DNA of 64,000 nt from an uncultured Gammaproteobacteria bacterium (GCA_964342675.1 CAYFFR010000001.1:20981-84980), one strand, 5' to 3'. Positions 19,601 to 29,051 are shown, counted from the first letter of the stretch. Notes: generated by a model from the sequence alone, not told the origin. Numbers and translations: made by a program.

Positions 19601-21254
19601 CTTCGTTGATCATATTATTACTTTTAGAGTTAATTAAAACATGTTTCATCACTTTACCAGAAGCATTTCTTGGTAGTGACTCTTGCACTATTTCCCAAAG
19701 AGTTGGTATTTTAAAATATGCGAGATGCTCTTTTAAGTAATTTTCTAGATCTTTAAGATTAACATCTAGATCTTTCATCACTACATAAGCCTTTACTTCT
19801 TGTCCCAGATCTTTGTTTGGCACTCCAACTACAGCTGACTCTGTTACTTTATCATGAACATCTAACAGTAATTCTATCTCTTGCGGGTAAACATTTTCTC
19901 CTCCCCTCAATATTAAATCGGTTCTTCTAGAAGATATATAAAATAAACCATTGGATATGTAACCAAAATCACCGGTCTTCAAAAATCTGTTTGTAGATAG
20001 GACTTTTTTTGTTTCTGAAGGCTTATTATAGTAACCAAGCATCACTGATGGGCTTCTAACAAATATTTCACCCTCTACATTGTCTGATGTAATTACATCT
20101 CCATCATTATCTCTTAATTCTATTTCTATAGTTGGCATAGGCTGACCAGGGGATGTGGGATGCTTGTCCATTGGATCTCCCCAATTTATTATTGTAATAG
20201 CGCCAGATTCAGTTAAGCCATAACCATAACCAAAATTATGCTTCACATTAGGAAAAACTAATTTTGTTTTTTTAATAAGCTTCTCAGGAATTGGAGCTCC
20301 GCCACCCCCAATTACCAACATGCTTGTCAAATCATATGCTTTATTTTGAGCAAAATTAACCACTCTTCTTAAAGCAGTAGGAACAGCTCCGCCCCACGAA
20401 GTGATTTTAAATTTTTCAATAATACCTATTATTGCTTTAGCGGAAAATTTACCTTCATATAAAAATGTAGATGTTCCCGCAAATAATGATGTAACTGCTC
20501 CTGCGGATAATCCAGAAACATGAAACAAGGGAGAGGTCAGTAAAGTTTTAGGTGCATTCTTGGTCCAATCAACACCCAGCTTAGAACTTCTCATAGATAC
20601 AGATGCACCTTGAAGTAATTGAAGCATAGTATTAGATATCATTGATCGATGGGAAGTCATAACACCTTTTGGCGAACCTGTAGTTCCACTTGTATATAAC
20701 AAACATGCGCATTCATCTTCATCAGCATCATAAAAATTATTATCAGAGTCTACTAATTGAGTAAAAGAAAAATGATCAGTAATCAATTTATCAGAATTTT
20801 TATATGAGTTTAATCTGTCAAATCTTTTTTGATCTGCAATTAATAGTTTAGGCTGTGCATCATTTAAAGCTTTTATTGCTTCTTTACCATTCCACCAACC
20901 ATTTAATGCGCAAGCTATAGCGCCAATTGATACTGATGCCCAAAAGAAAATAATCCATTCAAAAGAATTTGCACCATATATTGCAATCCTATCTCCTGGT
21001 TGAATTTTATATTTTGATCTTAGTAAATGTATAGCTTTAGTAACTAATTCATAATGTTCAATAAAAGATATTTCTTTATTTTGATTTAATAAATACAATT
21101 TATTTTCATGATTTAATGAAGACGTTAATAGTTTTGCTAGATTTTTTGGCCGGTTTTTAAAAACTGATAATTTTTTACCTAATACCACCTCTTCAGTTAA
21201 TTCAAAAAATGCGTTTTCCTTTAAAAGGGAATTTAAGTCTTGATCAGTATGCAT
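19593..21254 (-). CDS. acyl-CoA synthetase (AMP-forming, ANL superfamily)
   Basis: 553 aa. LLYTSGTTGSPKGV (AMP-binding core), GYGLTESG, TGDFGY, RGGENVYPQEIE and C-terminal PRNASGKV. Confidence 0.9.
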   Translation of the reverse strand: MHTDQDLNSLLKENAFFELTEEVVLGKKLSVFKNRPKNLAKLLTSSLNHENKLYLLNQNKEISFIEHYELVTKAIHLLRSKYKIQPGDRIAIYGANSFEWIIFFWASVSIGAIACALNGWWNGKEAIKALNDAQPKLLIADQKRFDRLNSYKNSDKLITDHFSFTQLVDSDNNFYDADEDECACLLYTSGTTGSPKGVMTSHRSMISNTMLQLLQGASVSMRSSKLGVDWTKNAPKTLLTSPLFHVSGLSAGAVTSLFAGTSTFLYEGKFSAKAIIGIIEKFKITSWGGAVPTALRRVVNFAQNKAYDLTSMLVIGGGGAPIPEKLIKKTKLVFPNVKHNFGYGYGLTESGAITIINWGDPMDKHPTSPGQPMPTIEIELRDNDGDVITSDNVEGEIFVRSPSVMLGYYNKPSETKKVLSTNRFLKTGDFGYISNGLFYISSRRTDLILRGGENVYPQEIELLLDVHDKVTESAVVGVPNKDLGQEVKAYVVMKDLDVNLKDLENYLKEHLAYFKIPTLWEIVQESLPRNASGKVMKHVLINSKSNNMINEDE

Positions 21255-21295
21255 ATTAAAAATGTTATTATAGAGAATGAAATAAGTTATTTATC

Positions 21296-22042
21296 ATGGA
21301 CACAAAAAAAATTGCATTAATAACTGGCGGTGCTTCAGGGATAGGATTGGCAACCGTGAATAGATTTACAGCTGAAGGCATTAAAACTATAGTTTTTGAT
21401 TCGGATATTAATAATAAAAATAACGCTAAATCAGATACTAATGATTACATCTCTTATCAAGTGGATGTCTCTAATCATGATTCTATTAAAGAAGCATTTG
21501 CTCAACTTAGTGAATCATCGCATATACCCACTATTTTAGTAAATTGTGCTGGAATAAGCCCTCCTCTGAATCCGTTACATAAATATACTCTGAAAGATTG
21601 GCAAAACTGTCTTGATATAAATCTAACAGGTACATTCCTAATGTGTAAAGAATTCATGAATTGTTTTATTCAGAATAAATTAGAAGCTGGTGCTATTGTA
21701 AATATATCATCAATAATGGGTTCTCGGGCAAGTGCTGCTCAAGCTGTATATAGTGCTAGTAAACATGGTGTTGTTGGTATAACAAAATCTATAGCTCAAG
21801 ATTATGCAGGTTTAAATATAAGAGCTAATGCTGTAGGTCCTGGAGCAGTTAAAACTCCAATGACAGATAGTATTGTTAAAGATGATCCTAATGTTATGGA
21901 ATTAATGAATACTAGGATACCTATGAAGAGATTTGCAAAACCTGAAGAGATTTCAAACCTAATATATTTTTTAGCTAGTGATGAATCTTCTTACATTACT
22001 GGTTCTTATATACCAATTGATGGCGGGTATCTTGCAACCTAA
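21296..22042 (+). CDS. SDR oxidoreductase (FabG-like)
   Basis: 248 aa. ITGGASGIG, NCAG, YSASKHG catalytic motif, C-terminal ITGSYIPIDGGY. Confidence 0.85.
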   Translation: MDTKKIALITGGASGIGLATVNRFTAEGIKTIVFDSDINNKNNAKSDTNDYISYQVDVSNHDSIKEAFAQLSESSHIPTILVNCAGISPPLNPLHKYTLKDWQNCLDINLTGTFLMCKEFMNCFIQNKLEAGAIVNISSIMGSRASAAQAVYSASKHGVVGITKSIAQDYAGLNIRANAVGPGAVKTPMTDSIVKDDPNVMELMNTRIPMKRFAKPEEISNLIYFLASDESSYITGSYIPIDGGYLAT

Positions 22043-22847
22043 GAGTCCTATTTCATTGATAACAGGAGCAGCAAGTGGAATAGGTCAAGCTATTGCAATT
22101 CATGCATCAAATTTAAATCATAAACTAGTGCTTATTGATATTGATGAAAGTAGTCTAAAAAAAACTGCTAGCCTACTTAAGCATAATGATGCCTTGATCT
22201 ATTCAATAGATGTATCTGATATAAATCAAATAAAAACTATATATAAAGAAATTAAATCTAAATTTGGTGGAATTAATTATATGTTTAACAATGCAGGAAT
22301 ATTTATTGAAGGCAGATCCTGGAAAGTAAAACCAAAATTATGGTCAAGAATTTTTGATGTTAATGTTTTATCAATAGTTAATATGTTAAATGTGTTTTTA
22401 GACGATATGATTTATTGTGATGAGGATTGTCATGTCATCAACACCTCATCGATGGCAGGCTTAATTGTTGGAGGTTATCTATCACCTTATACAACATCAA
22501 AGCATGCTGTAATAGGTTTATCAAGGAGCCTTTATGAAGAAATGAATTCATCAAATCATAGCGTTGGGGTTTCGGTTCTATGCCCAGGTGAAGTGAAAAC
22601 AGAGATTATTAATAATGAAAGAAATATTCTTGGCTTAAAAGATGATTTATTAGATCGAGATAAAAATACCTTAGAATATAAAGAATTTTTAGCTAATGGC
22701 GTAAAAGAAGGCATGGAACCAATAGAAGTAGCTAAAATTGTATTTGAAGCAATCGCACATAAAAAGTTTTGGATCTTTACTCACTCTGATTTTAAAGAAA
22801 CTTATGAGGGCTATGCTAACGAAATCATTGAAGGGATGAAGATCTAG
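22020..22847 (+). CDS. SDR oxidoreductase
   Basis: ITGAASGIG, NNAG and YTTSKHA motifs. The track start (GTG at 21978) would overlap the previous SDR by 65 nt. ATG 22020 or TTG 22032 is more plausible, so the start is uncertain. Confidence 0.8.
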   Translation: MAGILQPKSPISLITGAASGIGQAIAIHASNLNHKLVLIDIDESSLKKTASLLKHNDALIYSIDVSDINQIKTIYKEIKSKFGGINYMFNNAGIFIEGRSWKVKPKLWSRIFDVNVLSIVNMLNVFLDDMIYCDEDCHVINTSSMAGLIVGGYLSPYTTSKHAVIGLSRSLYEEMNSSNHSVGVSVLCPGEVKTEIINNERNILGLKDDLLDRDKNTLEYKEFLANGVKEGMEPIEVAKIVFEAIAHKKFWIFTHSDFKETYEGYANEIIEGMKI

Positions 22848-23944
22848 TCTTTATCCAAATTCTCTAAAATTTTATCAAACGAGACTATTTTAAAATTCTG
22901 GTTATATAAAATTCCATTTGAATCTGTATTGAAACCATCCTGTATCACCATCATCCCTTTTGGAAAAATTTTAAAATTGCCATTATTGATAGCTATACCA
23001 TCAGTATCTTGAACTCCATCTATGTTTGAAGCACCCACTACAATAAAGCTACCAACAAATTGATTAGGATATTTTCTTCTATAAATATTGAAACTTGAAT
23101 TGCCTTGGGAAGATAAAATAATATACCCATCATCTTCTGATGTTCTGTATATTGCCACACCTTCTGGATCACCCACAATATTATGATCTCTAGAATCTAT
23201 CACATGAATCAAATCTAAAGATGATGAGTCATACATTTTTAGGTATCCTTTATTGCCTTCTCTAGAAATCAAAATAAATTGATTTTCATCATCAAAAACA
23301 CATCCCTCAGCTTCATTACCAAAAGGAGATGTATTCTTCTCATCTTCAATAAGGTTAATAGTTTTTTCTAATGTTCTGTTGTTTAAGTTCCAATATTGAA
23401 TATTTTGGCCCTCTTCTTCTGTTAGGATCGCATATAGATTGTTACCAACAAAGCCAATACAAACTCCATATATATCCATCTTGGCTTGTAGATGAGCATG
23501 CTCAATATCCTCTGAAAATGCGTTATTTGGATTGAGTTTAAAATATTTAAAAAGATTATCAGTTGGAAGTATCCAATAATCTAATGTGCTTGCAGATCTA
23601 TTCGATGACACTACATGAAGTTTATTATCGCTGGCCCTTAGATCAATATTATTGATCTTTCCTAATTTAGTGTAGCTAATCTGGTTACCAAAAATATCAT
23701 AAACATAAATACCAGATTTCTTATCGGTACCAAAAATTAATGACTCTTGCGGATTGTTAGGATTGAACCATATCGCTGGATCATCAGCTGCATCATTTAT
23801 AGATATAACTGGCTCAGTTTCATAATCAGGAGTAACTATAAATGGAACGTCTGCAAAAATATGTAAGCATAAAAAAAAGGCTAGGATTAGGTTGACCTTC
23901 CCTATAATCTTAAATCTAGTTGTTGTAGGTAAATCCGATAGCAT
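22844..23944 (-). CDS. beta-propeller phytase (3-phytase, BPP family), secreted
   Basis: DDPAIWFNPNNPQESLIFGTDKKSGIYVYDIFGNQ...NNIDLR closely parallels the Bacillus BPP N-terminal blades. Signal peptide RFKIIGKVNLILAFFLCLHIFA. Every in-frame ATG (23944 to 23983) lies inside the 3' end of the TonB receptor gene. Confidence 0.85.
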   Translation of the reverse strand: MLSDLPTTTRFKIIGKVNLILAFFLCLHIFADVPFIVTPDYETEPVISINDAADDPAIWFNPNNPQESLIFGTDKKSGIYVYDIFGNQISYTKLGKINNIDLRASDNKLHVVSSNRSASTLDYWILPTDNLFKYFKLNPNNAFSEDIEHAHLQAKMDIYGVCIGFVGNNLYAILTEEEGQNIQYWNLNNRTLEKTINLIEDEKNTSPFGNEAEGCVFDDENQFILISREGNKGYLKMYDSSSLDLIHVIDSRDHNIVGDPEGVAIYRTSEDDGYIILSSQGNSSFNIYRRKYPNQFVGSFIVVGASNIDGVQDTDGIAINNGNFKIFPKGMMVIQDGFNTDSNGILYNQNFKIVSFDKILENLDKD

Positions 23945-26459
23945 AAGAGGTTCCATACTCATCATATTGAGAAAGTCTGTCATTATATCCCCAATAATAA
24001 AATTCTGGTCTATCTTCTATATTAGTAATTTCAAATTTAAGTTTTAGATTATCATTAACCCTATAACTAGCTTTTAAATCCCATTGTTTATGAGCAGCAA
24101 CAAATCTTGAATTTTCTAACGATACTTTGTCAATATCATCTTCCTCGTCTGCTAACCAATCTAAGTAATCCCCTCTCGAGTTCATCGCTAAACGGATATC
24201 AAAAGATCCTTGATCATATCCTATAGAAAAGTTTTCTTGCTTATCAGATAGCTTTCTAAAAGGAGAAGTAAATGTCTTATTGTCTTCAAATTTAAACGTG
24301 CTATCCCCATCTGTCCAAGTAACATTTATAGCCACAAATAAGCCATTGAATGGTTCAGGAAGAAATTCAAAATCTTGAGAAAAATTAAATTCAAAGCCGG
24401 TAATATCAGACTCATCTGCATTTATCCATGTATTGACACCATCATTAAATGTAATGCCATTAACAGTGGCTGTTTTTTGTACAGTTTTATAAATTGCATT
24501 ATCTATTTGTTTCAGGAATGCGCCTACGCTAATAAAAGAAAGGTTATCACCATAATATTCCAACGAAATATCAAAGTTGTTTGATTCATAAGGTTCTAAA
24601 TTGGGGTTTCCATAACTGCCTTTGATATCATCACCTTGTATTTCTAATTCAAGACTCGGAGCAGTGGCTTTAAATGAAGGTCTGGATAGAGATCTAGAAA
24701 TGGCTGTTCTTAGTAAGGTATTATCATTTATAAAGTATTTATGATTTAAACTCGGTGCAATAAATGTATGGTCTTTGCTTCCTTTTGTGATTTGTCCATT
24801 TTGATCAAAAGCAGTTGTATCCATCTGCATGTGCTCAACTCTGACACCATAAGTAAGAAGTGAGTTTTCGTATTCAGAACTAACCATTACATAAACTGCA
24901 AAAATATCCTCTTTGGTAGAGAAATCTTCTTGATAAGTTTCGGCTTCATCTAATTCTAGAGAAGAAGTTTGATTTTGAAGTGCATATATTAATGTTGGGC
25001 TAGCTTGTGGGCTAAATGTTTGTCCAACAAAAGGCCAATTAAGATTCTGGGGATTAAAGTCTGCAACAGTTCTCTTATTTGGATCTTTATAAAAGTCTTT
25101 GTTTTTATCTACTTCAACTTCACGCTGTCTATATTTAAGACCAAATTTAATTATTGATGAATCAGCACTTCCAAAGTTGAGATCCTTAGAAAAATCTAAT
25201 TTAAAAGAAGTTTCTGTGTCTTCTATGACAGAATTTTCAATCTCTAACTCTTTCCACTTCAAATTACTTGGATTATATGCTTGAAGATAATAATGATTAA
25301 GAACTGGCTTTCGAGGATTAGTGAATAAAATCTGGCCAACAGGTCCAGAAGTATTACTTAAATCCACGCACTCATCTTCACCTATTTCTATATCACATCT
25401 GAATGTCAGGTCAACATTATCAGTATCATCTTCTTCAGCAAACGAATGGCTTAATTGGAATTCTGTATTCCAATCATTGATTATAGTTTCTCCACCAAAA
25501 TTAAGAGCGGATATTGTTCTTATCTCTTCTCTGACCTTAGTCTCGGCATCATGCCTAATTCTATCAGTAAACATTGAGTCAGAAGTTGTGATTCCTGTTG
25601 CTCCTATTTTCCCATATTCATCCTTCCATCTTAATTCATCATCAATATATTCGTTATAAAATGCATTTAAAAAAATTGAAGTGTCATTTCCGACTAAGAA
25701 ATTAATATCATAAGTAAATCCTATTCTTTTTCTAGTTAAGTCATAAAATCTCATCTCCCAATCATCATTCATTTCCTTTAAACCACTTGAATTAGTTTCC
25801 CAACCAAATCCAATTTCATTGTTATACGTGACAATTTGTTTACTTGAATAAGTAAACCCTAAAACATGAGCAGCTAAATCAGATATTTTATTCCCATATG
25901 TCATTGCCAGTCTAGGATTGTCACTTGATGTAGCATTCTCATTATATTGAGTATCCAACTTAATCTTTATCAGTTCACCATCTAAGTCAGTAGGTCTTTT
26001 TGTTTTAAAATCAATTCTTCCGCCAATAGAATCAGCGTCTTGATCGGGAGTTAAACTTTTAGATACTTCTATAGAATCTAATAGCTCAGTTGGTAGTCCA
26101 TCTAACATAACACTTCTATCACCTTCTGGTGCAGGCATTAATGCTCCATTTATAGAAACTGAATTAAGATCTGAGCTTAATCCCCTGATAGAAACGTATC
26201 TACCCTCACCTTGGTCATTCTCAATGGAAATACCTGATAATCTTCTAATAGCTTCGGCTGCAGTAGTATCAGGAAATTCACCAAGAGCATCTGAATCAAC
26301 TACAGAAATAATCTTATTACTTTCTCTTTGTTTATCAATTGCAGATATTAAGCTCGCCTTTGAACCAACAACAATAACTTCTTCAACTACATCGATAGTA
26401 TTTGTATTTTGTGAGTGAATTATTAATGGGATAAGTGTAATAAATAGAATTTTTTTCAT
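23916..26459 (-). CDS. TonB-dependent outer-membrane receptor
   Basis: 847 aa. Signal peptide, plug-domain motifs (DALGEFPDTTAAEAIRRLSGISI, YVSIRGL) and a long Asn/Tyr/Asp-rich beta-barrel. Confidence 0.9.
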   Translation of the reverse strand: MKKILFITLIPLIIHSQNTNTIDVVEEVIVVGSKASLISAIDKQRESNKIISVVDSDALGEFPDTTAAEAIRRLSGISIENDQGEGRYVSIRGLSSDLNSVSINGALMPAPEGDRSVMLDGLPTELLDSIEVSKSLTPDQDADSIGGRIDFKTKRPTDLDGELIKIKLDTQYNENATSSDNPRLAMTYGNKISDLAAHVLGFTYSSKQIVTYNNEIGFGWETNSSGLKEMNDDWEMRFYDLTRKRIGFTYDINFLVGNDTSIFLNAFYNEYIDDELRWKDEYGKIGATGITTSDSMFTDRIRHDAETKVREEIRTISALNFGGETIINDWNTEFQLSHSFAEEDDTDNVDLTFRCDIEIGEDECVDLSNTSGPVGQILFTNPRKPVLNHYYLQAYNPSNLKWKELEIENSVIEDTETSFKLDFSKDLNFGSADSSIIKFGLKYRQREVEVDKNKDFYKDPNKRTVADFNPQNLNWPFVGQTFSPQASPTLIYALQNQTSSLELDEAETYQEDFSTKEDIFAVYVMVSSEYENSLLTYGVRVEHMQMDTTAFDQNGQITKGSKDHTFIAPSLNHKYFINDNTLLRTAISRSLSRPSFKATAPSLELEIQGDDIKGSYGNPNLEPYESNNFDISLEYYGDNLSFISVGAFLKQIDNAIYKTVQKTATVNGITFNDGVNTWINADESDITGFEFNFSQDFEFLPEPFNGLFVAINVTWTDGDSTFKFEDNKTFTSPFRKLSDKQENFSIGYDQGSFDIRLAMNSRGDYLDWLADEEDDIDKVSLENSRFVAAHKQWDLKASYRVNDNLKLKFEITNIEDRPEFYYWGYNDRLSQYDEYGTSYAIGFTYNN

Positions 26460-26497
26460 AATTCTTTTATTTGTTGCATAAGATTATAGAAATCATA

Positions 26498-26516
26498 TGT
26501 GTCATCTTTGTGAAGA
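26498..26516 (+). promoter_or_regulatory. Pho-box-like tandem direct repeat (site 1)
   Basis: TGTGTCAT-CTTT-GTGAAGA. The first heptamer GTGTCAT matches the E. coli Pho-box heptamer CTGTCAT at 6 of 7 positions. The second unit starts at the same offset as in sites 2 and 3. The site lies 9 bp from a perfect TATAAT on the minus strand (26488-26483) that faces the TonB receptor/phytase operon. Confidence 0.4.
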
Positions 26517-26609
26517 TATAAAAATCATTTAGCCACATTATTGGAACATTTTGTTTCTTAATTTTTTATCAATATTGTAATTAATTAAACATTTGTCGAT
26601 AATAAATCT

Positions 26610-27200
26610 ATGGAAGGATTAGCAAAACAAGCCAGAAGCCTTAAAAGGATTAATAAGCTCTTGGATACTGCTCATGAACTTCTAGAAACAGATTCAATTG
26701 ATAAAATAACGATTGCAAACCTCGCTAAACTATCAGAATTAAAACGTACATCTACATATAAATTTTTTCCTGACCCTGATCATATAAAAATAGCTTTAAT
26801 CAAAAGGTACATAAATGAATTAAATGAATCTATAAATGCAATGATGACTAATGATAGTCATTTTGATCATCAGCTATGTATGACTGATATGGTTAAAGTC
26901 ATATTTGATTATTTTCAGAATAACATTCCAGCACAAAAGATGATCTTACAAAATACTGTATCGCCTCCAGTCAATAGTCAACTTCTACATAAATTAGCTA
27001 AATCTTTATTAAAAAAAATAGAAAATAAAAAATCATTACCTAATATGTTTAATAAAGAAGGAGTTTTTTTGGTGATTACTCAAATCATTATTTCAATATT
27101 TTCTTTGAGTGCAAAAGAAAATGAACGATTAGATGAAGTTGGTTTCAATGAAGCCAATCGTTCTTCATATGCTTATTTCCTAAGCTGTACTACAAAATAA
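26610..27200 (+). CDS. TetR-family transcriptional regulator
   Basis: 196 aa. N-terminal helix-turn-helix ITIANLAKLSELKRTSTYKFFPDPDHI. Transcribed divergently from the receptor/phytase operon. Confidence 0.75.
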   Translation: MEGLAKQARSLKRINKLLDTAHELLETDSIDKITIANLAKLSELKRTSTYKFFPDPDHIKIALIKRYINELNESINAMMTNDSHFDHQLCMTDMVKVIFDYFQNNIPAQKMILQNTVSPPVNSQLLHKLAKSLLKKIENKKSLPNMFNKEGVFLVITQIIISIFSLSAKENERLDEVGFNEANRSSYAYFLSCTTK

Positions 27201-27213
27201 AATATTAAATTAA

Positions 27214-27693
27214 TTAAGCTGAGCCCGCAAAAATTACTTTAAGCATATCATCTTCTATTTTGCTTTGAAGTGTTGAGGTAGCCGTAAAAGTTGTCTTGCA
27301 GATAAGCCAAGAGTCATTTATTTTAATATATTCATCATCATATTTACCATTCAAGGTTGTAAGGAACTGATCATCAGTATTAATTAAGCTATATGTTAAT
27401 TTCCAAATACCTTTAGCATTGTTCGGATCAATAATATTAATGATGGGGTTGTGAGCATGGTGAGCCTCAACCATATAAGAATGGCAAGCTACATTAGTGA
27501 AAACATCACCTAAATCTTCTCTGTTATCAAAGACGCCAACTGCGCCATAATCTATTTCACACTGGCCTTTAACAAATGTAGATAACATAGATTGGACATC
27601 CTTTTCATCACAAGCATTTAAATAAGTATGTTTTAGATTTTTTATTTCTTGAATATCTTCTAGGATTCTTAGTCTTTCTTCTATATCAGACAT
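27214..27693 (-). CDS. NTF2-fold SnoaL-like protein
   Basis: 159 aa. IEERLRILEDIQEIKNLKHTYLNACDEKD start, typical of the SnoaL_4 family. It overlaps the PiT gene stop by 8 nt. Confidence 0.6.
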   Translation of the reverse strand: MSDIEERLRILEDIQEIKNLKHTYLNACDEKDVQSMLSTFVKGQCEIDYGAVGVFDNREDLGDVFTNVACHSYMVEAHHAHNPIINIIDPNNAKGIWKLTYSLINTDDQFLTTLNGKYDDEYIKINDSWLICKTTFTATSTLQSKIEDDMLKVIFAGSA

Positions 27694-28951
27694 TTTCTAC
27701 ACCAAAAGTAATTAACAATGCTCTTATAAGACTATAAAACATTATTGTAAATGCTGCACCAACAGGAATGGTAATAATCCAAGACATAAAAATATTAAGA
27801 ATAACTTTTAAGTTTAATTTCTTTGCATTATGCGCTAGTCCAACGCCAATAACACCACCAATTAGAGTATGGGTTGTTGAGATGGGTAACCCTAAATATG
27901 ATGCAAATACAACAGTGGATGCCGTAGCTAAATTTGCACTAAAACCAAAAGATGGAGTCAATTTAGTAATTTTTTTACCTACAGTCTTTATAACCTTATG
28001 GCCATAAGTAGCTAGGCCAAAAACTATTCCAATTCCACCTAATAACAAAATCCAAATATTTAACTTAGACTCTGCTCCTAAACCACCATCACCTACAGCA
28101 GATACTATTGCTGCTAGTGGCCCTATAGCATTAGCTACATCATTAGACCCATGAGCAAATGCCATTGCACATGCAGCAACAACCATTAATAAGGAAAAAG
28201 CAACCTCTATACCACCTCTGCTATTAATAATTTCTTGTTTAATTCGTAAATAAAAAAATGAGATTATTCCTAAGAAAATGCTACCAAAAACACTTATATA
28301 TAATGACTGTACATCCGTAAGATCGACCTCCACATACTTTAATCCTTTCTGAAAAGTGACTTGTAGAATTACAAACAACAAGATTGTTACATAGACAGGT
28401 ATCAATCTAATAGCCATGGTTGATCGTTTGTCGCTATCAAAAATTAATTTTTTAATGGAAAAAAAGATTAGAAATGCAATTACTCCAGATAATATAGGTG
28501 AAGTTATCCAACTAGACCCTATTTCTGTAACCTTATCCCAACTTATTGCATCTCCACCCTTAGTGACCCAAACAAAACCAATAATTGCGCCGACAATAGA
28601 GTGGGTCGTAGAAACTGGCCATCCTTTTCTACTCGCTATATATAACCACGACCCTGCTGCAAGCAAAGTAGACATCATTCCAATAATAAAGATATTAACA
28701 TTGTCTTGATAAATATTTGGGTCAACAATTTCTTTTCTGATAGTATCAGTCACTCCTCCGCCTGCAAGAAAAGCTCCAAGAAATTCAAATATTGCAGCAA
28801 TGATAACTGCTTGTTTCAATGTAAGCGCCTTACTACCAACAGAAGTACCCATTGCATTAGCAACATCATTGGCACCAATACCCCATGCAGTAAAAAAACC
28901 TAAGATGCAAGCAATTGCAATAATAACTGTGGGTTCAAAAAAAAGTTCCAT
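27686..28951 (-). CDS. pitA: inorganic phosphate transporter, PiT family
   Basis: 421 aa. Duplicated GANDVANA signature (GANDVANAMGTSVGS near the N-terminus, GSNDVANAIGPLAA in the second half). Confidence 0.9.
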   Translation of the reverse strand: MELFFEPTVIIAIACILGFFTAWGIGANDVANAMGTSVGSKALTLKQAVIIAAIFEFLGAFLAGGGVTDTIRKEIVDPNIYQDNVNIFIIGMMSTLLAAGSWLYIASRKGWPVSTTHSIVGAIIGFVWVTKGGDAISWDKVTEIGSSWITSPILSGVIAFLIFFSIKKLIFDSDKRSTMAIRLIPVYVTILLFVILQVTFQKGLKYVEVDLTDVQSLYISVFGSIFLGIISFFYLRIKQEIINSRGGIEVAFSLLMVVAACAMAFAHGSNDVANAIGPLAAIVSAVGDGGLGAESKLNIWILLLGGIGIVFGLATYGHKVIKTVGKKITKLTPSFGFSANLATASTVVFASYLGLPISTTHTLIGGVIGVGLAHNAKKLNLKVILNIFMSWIITIPVGAAFTIMFYSLIRALLITFGVENV

Positions 28952-28985
28952 ATATAATTCTTTTATCTTTAGCCTAAACTAAAAA

Positions 28986-29004
28986 TGTGTCAAATTAGTG
29001 AAAA
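28986..29004 (+). promoter_or_regulatory. Pho-box-like tandem direct repeat (site 2)
   Basis: TGTGTCAA-ATTA-GTGAAAA. Core and spacing are identical to site 1. A TATTAT -10 hexamer (29015-29020) follows 10 bp later, about 30 bp upstream of ppk2. This is the same geometry as E. coli pstS. Confidence 0.45.
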
Positions 29005-29051
29005 GATTGTACTTTATTATGAATAGAACAAATATCCTTTAAGATATAAAA

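Noticed and set aside
21978-22019. GTG-initiated N-terminal extension of the second SDR
   Set aside because: It would overlap the preceding SDR by 65 nt and add a hydrophobic stretch before the Rossmann motif. Downstream ATG or TTG starts give a normal SDR N-terminus.
24375-26418. Four plus-strand ORFs (24375-24584, 25099-25284, 25321-25659, 26224-26418) inside the TonB receptor gene
   Set aside because: All are antisense shadows of an 847-aa receptor, with Ser/Leu-rich nonsense-like translations.
26520-26609. Direct repeat AACATTT(T)GT (about 26545 and 26588) and TTAATTAA palindrome as a TetR operator
   Set aside because: These are short AT-rich matches that are expected by chance in sequence of this composition, and there is no clear dyad symmetry.
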